Shown here: one piece after another, positions 40,846 to 52,300 of the stretch
Position numbering within the stretch: the first letter of the stretch is position 1
Layout of the letters: each line of letters opens with the position of its first letter
DNA from: Minisyncoccota bacterium
Lineage (GTDB): Bacteria > Patescibacteriota > Minisyncoccia > Phycocordibacterales > SBAW01
NCBI GenBank assembly: GCA_035549255.1
Contig: DASZRD010000004.1
Span: 72,667 to 136,666 of the forward strand
Reading direction: 5' to 3'
Length of the DNA: 64,000 nt
The notes under the pieces: generated by a model
Seen by the model: the letters and a program-made list of their open reading frames with translations, nothing else
What the model was told of the DNA's origin: nothing
The model's database searches: none
Made by a program: the position numbers and the translations under genes

Positions 40846-43110
40846 ATGCGCCTCACCGACCCCATCGCGAACGCGTTCAAGCTCGCCGACCCGCAGAAAA
40901 GCGCGCTCCATCGCCTTGGCATCCGCACGGTGCGCGATCTTATATTCCACTTCCCCGCGCGCTACGACGTCGCCGGCGAGGGCACGAGCATTTTGGGGCT
41001 CGTCAGCGGGCAAGAGGTAACGCTTGTCGGCACGTTGGAAAAACTTGAGGCGAAGAAAGGCTGGAAGTCGCGCATTCCGTTAACCGAAGGATACTTGCGC
41101 GATGCGACGGGGCGCATCAAGGTGCGCTGGTTCAACCAGCCGTACATCGCCAAAATGTACGGCAACGGCGTCTTGGTAAAAGCAGTCGGCAAAGTGACCG
41201 GCAGTCCCGGCAAAGAATATCTGGCCAATCCGGAGCTTGAGCGAATTTCTTCGACCGAGGCAGGGCTTTTTGACCCGGAGCAGAAAGATGTTATGGAAAA
41301 GTCTGGCCTGCCGAGCCGCTCTGCGGCGAAGACAGGAGACCCGAGGACTTTTTCAGAAGATCTTTCTGTGCAGGATGAGACTCCAGAATTATTCGCAATC
41401 TACCCGGAGAGCGGCGGAATAACCTCGCTCTGGATGCGCCACGCAGTGCAAAAAGTTTTCGGCTCCGGTGTGCTCGAAGAAATTGAAGATCCGATTCCTG
41501 CGGAACTTCTCAAAAAATATAATTTGCCGACGCTGCGCAGCGCGCTTATCTGGGTGCATACGCCGCAAAGCCTCAAGGATGCCGAGGCTGCGCGCAAGCG
41601 CTTTGCCTTCGAAGAAGTGTTTCTGATCCAGCTCGAGCGCCAGCGCGAGCGATTGCAGCAATCGCGCGAGCAAAGCTTCGCGGTCGACGCTCCCGAGGAC
41701 GCAATCAGCGAGTTCGTGGGTGATTTCCCTTTTGCGGCAACAAAAGCGCAAGAAAAAGCTATTGATGCAATCTTAAAGGATATGAAGTCGGGTCATCCGA
41801 TGTCGCGGCTTCTCGAAGGCGATGTCGGGAGCGGCAAGACCGCGGTCGCGGCCACAGCTACGTATGCGGCGGTGCGCACGCGGCCCAATGGCCAGAACTT
41901 CGGCACGCTCCAAGTCGCCTATATGGCGCCGACCGAGATCTTGGCGAAGCAGCATTTCGAATCTTTCATAAAGTATTTTACTAATTTCCCCATCAATATC
42001 GGGCTTATTACCGGCTCGGGCTGCTATAAATTCCCATCTAAAGTCCGCCGCGACCAGCCGACAACGATTTCTCGCGCGCAATTGCTCAAGTGGGTCCAGA
42101 ACGGCGAGATCCCGGTCCTCATCGGCACGCACGCGCTTATTCAGAAGTCCGTACAGTTCAAGCACCTCGCGCTTGTAGTGATCGACGAGCAGCATCGCTT
42201 CGGCACCAACCAACGAAGGGCGCTAGCAAAAAAGTCTGATACGTTGAACCGCGACGAGTCGCGGTTGCGCCTGCCTCATCTGCTCTCAATGACGGCGACC
42301 CCAATCCCGCGCACGCTCGCGCTCACTATCTATGGCGATCTCGACCTGACGCTCCTGGACGAGATGCCGCCGGGCCGCAAGCCGATCAAAACAGAAGTCG
42401 TTGAGCCCGAAGATCGCGCGAGCGCCTACGAACACATGCGCGCACAGCTCCAAGAAGGCCGGCAAGCGTACGTGATCTGCCCGCGCATCGACGAGCCCGA
42501 CCCCAAGAAGGAGTTCGCGCTCCAAGCCAAGTCAGTGACTGCCGAAGCCAAACGGCTCAAGAAAGACATTTTCCCCGAGTATGAGATTGCGATCCTTCAC
42601 AGCAAGATGACGCCGAAAGAGAAAGATACGGTAATGGAGCGCTTCGCCAACCACGAGATCGATATCCTTGTCGCCACCTCGGTAGTCGAGGTCGGCGTCA
42701 ATGTCCCCAACGCAACGCTCATTATGATAGAGGGCGCAGAGCGCTTCGGCCTCGCCCAGCTCCACCAGCTGCGCGGGCGCGTGGTGCGCTCGACGCATCA
42801 GGCATACTGTTTTCTCTGCCCTGCGACGCGCGGCGAGAAGACGATGGAGCGATTGAAGGCGCTCACCAAAGCGAAGAACGGGTTTGAGTTGGCAGAGATG
42901 GACTTGATGCAGCGCGGCGCGGGGCAACTGGGCGGCAGCCAGCAATGGGGCATCTCCGACATCGGCATGGAAGCCTTAAAGAATTTAAAATTGGTTGAGG
43001 CCGCGCGCAACGAAGCGCTCCTCTTGGTGCACCGAGACGAGAATTTACAAAAGCATCCGATGCTCGCCGAAGCGCTCGCCCGCCGCGCGCAATCAATGCA
43101 TTTTGAGTAA
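40846..43110 (+). CDS. recG: ATP-dependent DNA helicase RecG
   Basis: RLLEGDVGSGKT, MAPTEILAKQH, DEQHRFG, MTATPIPRTL, AERFGLAQLHQLRGRV. Start placed at MRLTDP. Confidence 0.96.
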   Translation: MRLTDPIANAFKLADPQKSALHRLGIRTVRDLIFHFPARYDVAGEGTSILGLVSGQEVTLVGTLEKLEAKKGWKSRIPLTEGYLRDATGRIKVRWFNQPYIAKMYGNGVLVKAVGKVTGSPGKEYLANPELERISSTEAGLFDPEQKDVMEKSGLPSRSAAKTGDPRTFSEDLSVQDETPELFAIYPESGGITSLWMRHAVQKVFGSGVLEEIEDPIPAELLKKYNLPTLRSALIWVHTPQSLKDAEAARKRFAFEEVFLIQLERQRERLQQSREQSFAVDAPEDAISEFVGDFPFAATKAQEKAIDAILKDMKSGHPMSRLLEGDVGSGKTAVAATATYAAVRTRPNGQNFGTLQVAYMAPTEILAKQHFESFIKYFTNFPINIGLITGSGCYKFPSKVRRDQPTTISRAQLLKWVQNGEIPVLIGTHALIQKSVQFKHLALVVIDEQHRFGTNQRRALAKKSDTLNRDESRLRLPHLLSMTATPIPRTLALTIYGDLDLTLLDEMPPGRKPIKTEVVEPEDRASAYEHMRAQLQEGRQAYVICPRIDEPDPKKEFALQAKSVTAEAKRLKKDIFPEYEIAILHSKMTPKEKDTVMERFANHEIDILVATSVVEVGVNVPNATLIMIEGAERFGLAQLHQLRGRVVRSTHQAYCFLCPATRGEKTMERLKALTKAKNGFELAEMDLMQRGAGQLGGSQQWGISDIGMEALKNLKLVEAARNEALLLVHRDENLQKHPMLAEALARRAQSMHFE
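41281..41368. repeat. nested palindromic element in frame within recG
   Basis: Arms CAGAAAGATGTTATGGAAAAGTC and GACTTTTTCAGAAGATCTTTCTG form 20/23 Watson-Crick pairs plus one G.T, enclosing CCTG...GCCGC-TCT-GCGGC...CAGG. Confidence 0.75.
42247..42266. repeat. short perfect palindrome in frame within recG
   Basis: AACCGCGAC-GA-GTCGCGGTT. A related CGCGACTCGTTCGCG occurs at 47061. Confidence 0.55.
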
Positions 43111-43134
43111 CCCTGCGGTATAGTGAGCCTCAAT

Positions 43135-43206
43135 GGGCGCGTAGCTCAGCGGTAGAGCGTCCGTCTTATACACGGATGGTCCCAGGTTCGATCCCTGGCG
43201 CGCCCA
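43135..43206 (+). tRNA. tRNA-Ile(TAT)
   Basis: GGGCGCG-TA-GCTC-AGCGGTA-GAGC-G-TCCGT-CTTATAC-ACGGA-TGGTC-CCAGG-TTCGATC-CCTGG-CGCGCCC-A. Anticodon TAT. Confidence 0.88.
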
Positions 43207-43268
43207 CTACATTTCTCACCCTCTCTGTGCTACCCTTCCCTCGGGTTCTTCAACACACGGAGAGAAAG

Positions 43269-44207
43269 ATGCCACACCGGTTGCGCGGCCAATCGATCAT
43301 CTGGTCGCAGGATTTCGACATGCCGCTGCTCGACGAGATATTCGAGCGGGCGGACAAGTTCAAAGAGGCGCCGAGAAGCGGTGCGCTCAAGGACAAGCGC
43401 GTCATCAGCCTTTTCTTCGAGAAAAGCACGCGCACGAGGATGTCCTTCGAGGCGGCCGTCGACGACCTCGGCGGCAGCAGGATCAGCACCGAAGACGCGA
43501 TGCAATTCTCCTCGTTCGGCAAAGGCGAGCCGTTCGAGGAAGGCATTCAGGTGATCGCGGCGTATGGCGACGCGATTATCCTCCGACACCCGGCGGACGA
43601 TGCCGCGATGCTGGCGCGCGATTACCTGCAAAGCTTCAACGTATGGGTGCCGATCATCAACGCCGGGTGCGGCAAGGCGCAGCACCCCACGCAGTCGCTG
43701 CTCGACCTCTACACGATCCGCGACCTGCGGAAGCGCATCGAGAACCTCACGATCGTGATCGTCGGCGACCTCAAGCACAGCCGCGTGGTGCGTTCGCTCA
43801 TCTACTTGCTCGGCAAGTATTCCGGCATCCGCATCATCCTGGTAGCGCCGTGGGAGCTGACGATCGGCCATAATATGCTCGCCTACATGCGGCGGCATGG
43901 GGTCGAATTCGTTCAAGCGCCCGATCTCGCCGAAGTTATCGGCGAGGCGGATATCGTCTACATGACGCGCGTGCAGAAAGAGCGCTTCAGCGACCCGACG
44001 GAGTACGAGCGGCTCAAGCATTCCTACCGCCTAACGGTGGCGCTTGCCGAGAAGATGCGCACGGGCGCTTTCATCATGCACCCGCTGCCTCGCGTCGACG
44101 AGATCGACGAAGAAGTGTCGCGCATGCCGCAGGCCTCATGGATCCATCAGTCCAACAACGGCGTGCCGGTGCGCAAGGCACTTCTCGAAATGATCCTGGG
44201 CGAGTAA
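43269..44207 (+). CDS. pyrB: aspartate carbamoyltransferase catalytic subunit
   Basis: FFEKSTRTRMSFE, INAG..QHPTQSLLD, VGDLKHSRVVRS, YMTRVQKERF, MHPLPR. Confidence 0.95.
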   Translation: MPHRLRGQSIIWSQDFDMPLLDEIFERADKFKEAPRSGALKDKRVISLFFEKSTRTRMSFEAAVDDLGGSRISTEDAMQFSSFGKGEPFEEGIQVIAAYGDAIILRHPADDAAMLARDYLQSFNVWVPIINAGCGKAQHPTQSLLDLYTIRDLRKRIENLTIVIVGDLKHSRVVRSLIYLLGKYSGIRIILVAPWELTIGHNMLAYMRRHGVEFVQAPDLAEVIGEADIVYMTRVQKERFSDPTEYERLKHSYRLTVALAEKMRTGAFIMHPLPRVDEIDEEVSRMPQASWIHQSNNGVPVRKALLEMILGE

Positions 44208-44221
44208 CGACTAATGACACG

Positions 44222-44260
44222 GCCCGCCGCGGTTTAAGAAACCGCGGCGGGCTTTCTCTT
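44222..44260 (+). terminator. intrinsic terminator
   Basis: GCCCGCCGCGGTTT-AAG-AAACCGCGGCGGGC followed by TTTCTCTT. Confidence 0.8.
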
Positions 44261-44317
44261 TTATACGAAGAGGCGTATTGTCTCCAGTAGCGGCTCGTTT
44301 GGAAAGGAGAGCTTCCT

Positions 44318-44530
44318 ATGCAAATCGCTTCAGATATTCCCCTTCGGATCATCGTCGCGGTGCTGCTGCTCGTCGTGGCGCTTGTCGCAGGAGCGGAAGT
44401 GGTGGTAGTCGTCACAGGCATTCTTGTGCTCGGGGGACCCGCACTGGCACTCTTCGCGCTCGCATTCGCCCTGAACTCGCGCTTCCGGCAGCACTGGCTT
44501 GGGGACTGGCGGGCGGCGCACGTCATATAA
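44318..44530 (+). CDS. small membrane protein
   Basis: SD AAGGAG, two hydrophobic stretches. Confidence 0.6.
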   Translation: MQIASDIPLRIIVAVLLLVVALVAGAEVVVVVTGILVLGGPALALFALAFALNSRFRQHWLGDWRAAHVI

Positions 44531-44589
44531 GCAAGCATTCAAAAGCCGCGGCCCCTTGAGGGGCCGCGGCGATTCCTTTTCTCTACGAT

Positions 44590-46560
<1,971 letters not shown>

Positions 46561-46597
46561 GATTGCCACATAGTACCATATCGCGTGCTATATTCAC

Positions 46598-47044
46598 GTG
46601 GTGAATCTATTGGAGAATAAAAAGGCGCAGCTTGATTATGAAATCCTTGAGGAATACGAGGCGGGTATCGAATTGCTCGGGTTCGAGGTGAAGAGCCTCC
46701 GCTCGCGCCATGGCAAGCTTGATAGCGCACATATAATAGTACGCGCGGGCGAGGCATGGATCGTCGGCATGGATATCCCGCCGTATCAGCCGGGCAACAC
46801 GCCTCCTGACTACGAGTCCGACCGCAGCCGCAGGCTCCTCCTTACTAAGAAGGAATTGGTCGCATTAGCCAATTACGAAGGCCAAAAAGGCTTGACAATA
46901 GTGCCTATAACAGTGTATAATAAGGGTACGAATCTTAAGCTCCGTATCGCGGCCGTCCGCGGCCGTAAGAAATACGACAAGCGCGCGGTCTTAAAAGAGC
47001 GCGACACCGAGCGCGAGATCAGGAGAACCTTGAAAAATCGCTAG
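46598..47044 (+). CDS. smpB: SsrA-binding protein
   Basis: NKKAQLDY..YEAGIELLGFEVKSLR, RRLLL.KKE, RGRKKYDKR. Confidence 0.96.
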   Translation: MVNLLENKKAQLDYEILEEYEAGIELLGFEVKSLRSRHGKLDSAHIIVRAGEAWIVGMDIPPYQPGNTPPDYESDRSRRLLLTKKELVALANYEGQKGLTIVPITVYNKGTNLKLRIAAVRGRKKYDKRAVLKERDTEREIRRTLKNR

Positions 47045-47083
47045 GCCGTCCCCACCAGCACGCGACTCGTTCGCGTTTTGATG

Positions 47084-47457
47084 GGGAGTGACAGGCTTAG
47101 ACAATATATCTATCCGCAAACATGCGAGAGAGAAGCGAGAATCTTCTTAAAAAGTCTCAAACCATAACTGCAAAATCAGTTAGCTCACCGTATTTCTCGG
47201 TGAATGATCTTTCGTTCGCCACTGCGCGAGCCTAAGGTCCATCCCCTCCTGAGTGCCTGAGTAGGGAGTCAGGGTGTTATATATCGGGCTGTGGTTGGTA
47301 AAGCGATTCGCTGCCGACCAAGATAAAGAATCTGCAGCTCAGTTTTATTCTGTCTGTCTCTTACGACTGAGCCTAAGCAAAGCAAGATAGTCTACCTCTT
47401 GTAGATGTGTTTCCGGACCTATATTGCACGGCGGTTCAACTCCGCCCACTTCCACCA
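47084..47457 (+). ncRNA. ssrA: tmRNA
   Basis: Acceptor GGGAGTG/CACTTCC-A-CCA with G3.U70, T arm GCGGTTCAACTCCGC, ATAACT-GCA resume context, tag ORF 47170-47235, directly after smpB. Confidence 0.93.
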
Positions 47458-47553
47458 TACTGCATGCAGCCGCCAAGAAAGGCGGCTGTTTTGCTTCGCG
47501 GGGCGCGGGTTGGTATAGTGCCGCCAGAAGATCCAACACCAAGGAGGCCAGTG

Positions 47554-47958
47554 ATGCAGGGGTTCCTTAAAGTTATCATCGTTATCGAGTTCCTGGTCGC
47601 GACAGTCAGTTTGGCGATGACCGTAGTCAACGGGTATCGCACCAGATTGGCAGAGAATACGCGGCGCGAGGTATTGCTCGGCTATCATCGCGCATGGAAG
47701 GATATTCTCGTTTGCGCGACCGTGCTCGCCGTGCTTACGATCGAGCCTGCGGCGCGGCTGCTGTGGGGCAACAAGGGCGGCGCGCTCTTCTGGCAGGTGC
47801 ATCTGCCCGCGGCAGCGGCATACACGCTCCTCTTGTGCGCGGCGCTCTACTGGAGCGGCGTCCGCTCGCCGCGCATGCACTATTGGCTCGTCCATGGCTG
47901 CTATCTCTGCGCGGTTATCGCCTTCCCCACCGGCATCTATCTGCTCTTCGCGCTTTAG
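47554..47958 (+). CDS. four-TM membrane protein
   Basis: SD AAGGAGG, four hydrophobic helices containing His residues. Confidence 0.7.
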   Translation: MQGFLKVIIVIEFLVATVSLAMTVVNGYRTRLAENTRREVLLGYHRAWKDILVCATVLAVLTIEPAARLLWGNKGGALFWQVHLPAAAAYTLLLCAALYWSGVRSPRMHYWLVHGCYLCAVIAFPTGIYLLFAL

Positions 47959-48030
47959 CCGGTTATCACCATTTGACCGCAGCCCCTGGCTACCGTATGC
48001 TCCTAGCCAGTTGCAACCGAGGAGGGTGGA

Positions 48031-48243
48031 ATGCTTCAAGAGGTGCGGAAATACGGATGGATGGACAAAGTTTCGGTGCCGGGGGTGCCTCATGGCCCGG
48101 ACGGGCTGTTCATGGGGAGCGACCCGGACGACGGGCGCAAAGCCCGCATACTGTTTCAGTACGGAGCTGACGATTGTATCGAAGTATCAGTCCCGTACGG
48201 CAGCATCAACGGTATCGTCAGTCCTATGCGGAGGAGGATCTAG
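48031..48243 (+). CDS. hypothetical protein
   Basis: SD GGAGG upstream, hairpin terminator near 48263-48288. Confidence 0.55.
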   Translation: MLQEVRKYGWMDKVSVPGVPHGPDGLFMGSDPDDGRKARILFQYGADDCIEVSVPYGSINGIVSPMRRRI

Positions 48244-48339
48244 CTCCCCGTTCGCATTGCAGAGCCCCGCTTACGAGCGGGGCGTTTATATAGAATGGGC
48301 GCGCCGCACACCGGCGCGCCCTAGTCGCAGCCGCGGCGC

Positions 48340-48771
48340 CTAGCGCCGGGGCTTCTTGTGCTTTTTCTTCGAAACATGGAGCGGAAGGCTCCGATGCGCG
48401 AACGGCGGGAGGTTTCCCACCCAGCAGCGGCTCCCCACCTCGGCCTTGACGCGCGCGTGGCCGTCGAAGCCGAGGTTTTCGGCCGCGGCCCGCGTAAGGT
48501 CATAGGACACTCCGCCGACATACGGACCGCGGTCCTCTATGGACACGCACTGCTGCCTGCCATTGCCAAGGTTGGTGATGAGCACGTGCGTGCCGAACGG
48601 GAGCGTCTTGTGGGCGGCGATGTAAGGATTGCTTGCGCTGATCGCCCTGCTAAACAAGCGCCCATTGGCGGTTATATGCCCCATTTCGTACCAGCTTGCG
48701 GTCTCGGCCTGAGCGGGCAGAGCACCCGCACACACCGCGGCCGCAAGCACGAAGAGAACTCGGAAGAACAT
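48340..48771 (-). CDS. RlpA-like double-psi beta-barrel (septal ring lytic transglycosylase family)
   Basis: TASWY...TANG...AAHKTLPFGT.V.ITNL.NGR...IEDRGPYV....DLTRAAA. Confidence 0.9.
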   Translation of the reverse strand: MFFRVLFVLAAAVCAGALPAQAETASWYEMGHITANGRLFSRAISASNPYIAAHKTLPFGTHVLITNLGNGRQQCVSIEDRGPYVGGVSYDLTRAAAENLGFDGHARVKAEVGSRCWVGNLPPFAHRSLPLHVSKKKHKKPRR

Positions 48772-48840
48772 ACTTGGCTCCGTTAAAACAAGAAAGCCTC
48801 CCTTTTGAGGAGGCCATACTTGCCCTGAAGAGAGGATGAA

Positions 48841-49263
48841 TTACTTGCCCTTGATGCGCGCCGCAAGGTGGAAGCTCATGTAGGACAGATACACCGTAAC
48901 TGCAACGCCGAACCACGAGAGCCAGACCGGTACGTCCCAATCGCCGAGCATGAGGTCGGCGCCCGTGAAGATGCGCCAGATGTGCCCGATCGCCACGATA
49001 GCGAAGATGATGCCCACGACAAAGACATACGTGCGCTCGCGTACGGCCGGGATCTTGCCCACGTGCCAGCCGTAGTGCACCAGCACGATGAAGAGCGCAA
49101 TATCAAAGATAAGGCTCGGCAGCAGCATGTCGGAGGTGACCGTCATGCCAAAGAAAGCGATCGAGTGAACATGCTGCTGGGAGAACCAGAGCAGCCACAA
49201 GAAGTCGGCAGCGACCAGGCCCGCTGCGAACTTGGCGATCTCGTGTAATGAGGAATTCTTCAT
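48841..49263 (-). CDS. four-TM membrane protein
   Basis: IFAIVAIGHIWRIFTG..L.LGDWDVPVWLSW. Start placed at MKNSSL. Confidence 0.75.
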   Translation of the reverse strand: MKNSSLHEIAKFAAGLVAADFLWLLWFSQQHVHSIAFFGMTVTSDMLLPSLIFDIALFIVLVHYGWHVGKIPAVRERTYVFVVGIIFAIVAIGHIWRIFTGADLMLGDWDVPVWLSWFGVAVTVYLSYMSFHLAARIKGK

Positions 49264-49397
49264 ACAGAGGATATCAAAGAGCACAATTACTTATATGTGT
49301 CTATTGTACCCCGGCAAAAAGCCGCGCCAGGGGCTTTTACACAGGGTGTACAGAGAGGGGTGTAAGCGCGGACGCCTCTATAGTATTCTAGGAATAT

Positions 49398-52300
49398 ATG
49401 AATATACGATACGTACTCGGTACGCTCAGCTTATTAACAGCTTTTCTTTCATTCGCTTCGGTCGCGTCGGCCAACACTACCAACCTTTCATTCGACCCAT
49501 CTTACGGAAGCCAGCCCTTTTCCTACTCGTGCGATCCGTACAAAGTAAGCTTCGAGGACGGCAAGCACTATCAGCCACTCTCCTCGCCCAATTGCCTCTT
49601 TACCATCCCCTCCTCCATCCTAGGGAGCAAGGTTATCGCGCTTTATAAGGGAACGCCGGGCAACTCGACATTCGTCTCGGGCGATGTCGTGATCGGCGGC
49701 AGCCCGACGCTCGTGCAGGAGAACGGCACGTCGTTTGCGGGCGCCACGCAGGATCAGGATTACTTCGCGGTGGTGTACGGATACAGCGATTCGGGCACGG
49801 CAAGCGCATTCGATCAATCCTTCCGCATGGGCTCCTCGACCGGCATCGAGCCGCCGACCGGCAACTTCGCCATGATCCAGTGGAAGTGGGGCGGCAAGCC
49901 GGCCAGCGAGTACAACCCGGTCATCATCGTGCCGGACATCCTCAACTCATGGCAGACCGACTCGGGCTCGGTCATCGACCCCATCTTCCTCACCTACAAG
50001 AATCTCATCGACACGCTGACGCAGAACGGTTATGTGAACGGCCAGACGCTGTTCCTCTTCCCGTACAACTGGGAGGAGCCGGCAGCCACGACCGCGACCG
50101 AGCTCCAGAATACGATCCAGTCCATTAAGCAGACCTGCGGCTGTAGCCATGTCGATATCATCGCCCACGGCACGGGCGGGCTTATCGCCGAGCAATATAT
50201 AGAGAGCGCTGGCTACGGCAACGACGTTGACCAGATCGTGTTCCTCGGCAGCCCGCTCCAGGGCCTCCCCGCGGCATATTCCGCCTGGGAGGACGGCAAG
50301 ATCGATTTCAACTCGCCGCTCTCAGACGGGCTGGCGCAGGTCTTCCTGCAGGCACAGGCCAAGGATCAGGGCTACAGCAGCGTGTTTGATTACATTCAGC
50401 ATGCGCCCATACAATCCTTCAAGGACATCCTTCCCGACTACGATTACCTCTACGACAATACGGTCGGCGAGCGCGTCTACCCGAGCGGCTATCCGCAGAA
50501 TTCCTTCCTCGACGGCCTGATCAGCAACCTCTCGCTGCTGCTCAACCGCGTGCGCATCACGACGGTGCTGGGCGACGACAATCAGGGCACGACGCCGGCC
50601 GCCTATCTCCTGGACAACTCCACTACCCCGCCCGCATGGCCCGACGGGCAGATCACCGACACCTTCACCGACTTGGGCGACGAGCTCGTGCCGCGCGCAA
50701 GCATGGAGAACGTGATCAACCCCGTGAGCGACGTCATCGCCGCCGACCACCGCTCGCTCCCGACCGCGGCGGAGGGATACATCTTCAACTCGCTCACCAA
50801 CAAGGTTGCAAGCACGGTCGCCAACAACTACCCCGTCGGCTGCGCGCTCTTCATCACCACCTCGCCGGGCGCCGATATGCAGGTGACCGACCCCAACGGC
50901 AACCGCATCGGCAAAGATTTCGACAATAGCGTAGTGCTCAACGAGATCCCGCACTCGCTCTACTCCGGCTTCAACGCGCCGACCGAGTACGCGGTCATCG
51001 CGAACCCGCTTAACGGCAATTACCAGGTCCGCACGCAGGGCACTACCAATACGACCTTCACGATCAATGCGTCCGACGTCTGCAACCAGGGCGTCATCTC
51101 GACTTCGACGCCGGCCAATACTTCTCCCGGCCAGCTCATCGGTTTCTCGCTTGGCGTCTCGACCAGCACCAACACGCTCACGATTCAGCCGCTCGACACC
51201 AACCCGCCGGTCATCACGATCACCTCGCCGCTCAACGGCTCCGCCTACTATCAGAACGCGACCACGAGCGTGTCTGCGACAATCGTCGACCCGGAGAATT
51301 CCCCTATCGCCACCTCGACCTACAAGGTTAACGGCGCGCTCATCAACCCCGCGCAACCGCTCAAGTTCTCGGCGCTTCCCTTGGGCACGTCGACCATGGT
51401 CGTATCGGCAACCGACATCTTCGGGAATACGGCCTATGCGACCTCTTCCTTCCTCGTGAAGCCGAGCACCGCGCCGGTCGTGACGATCACGAGCCCGCAG
51501 AACAATGGGAGCTATACGAACGATCAGACCGTGCCGATCACCGTCTCGATCAACGACGCGGAGAACGACGTGACCGCGACCTCGTACGCGCTCAACGGGA
51601 CCGCCCTCAGCACCTCGCAGACCTCAATCGCGATGTCGAGCCTGCCGCTGGGCAGTTCGACCTTCGTCGTGTCGGCGACTGACGCTTCCGGCAACATCAC
51701 GTTCGCCACAAGCACCTTCACCGTTACGCAGGCTCAGGCTGTCGGCACCGGTGCGTGCGCCATTGCACTCAACAGCAGCGCCAAAGGCGCCATAACGCTC
51801 GCCGGCTCGACGCAGATCAAGGGCACCAACTGCGGCGTGCAGGTCAACTCGAGCGCTTCGGGCGCCGTCAACATCTCCGGCAGCGCTAAGATCACATCGA
51901 CCAAGAATTGCTTCGTAGGCACTCTGTCGAAGTCCGGCAGTGCGAGCGTCTCGCCCAATCAAGTAAGTTGCTCGTCCCAGGCCGATCCATTCGCAAGCCA
52001 CGCGAAGCCTTCGGTCGGCGCATGCAATTACACCAACTACAGCATCGCAGGCGCGAGCAAAGCGACGCTTAATCCGGGCGTATACTGCGGCGGCATCACG
52101 GTCAACGGCTCCGCACAGCTGACGCTGAACCCTGGCATCTATATCATAAAGAGCGGCGACCTCAATATCGCCGGCTCGGGTTCTGTCACTGGCTCCGGGG
52201 TATCCATCTTCATGACCGGCACCGGCGCGGGGCTGACTCTTGCCGGCTCGGGCAAGCTCAACATTACGGCACCCACCTCGGGCACTTTGGCTGGCTTCGC

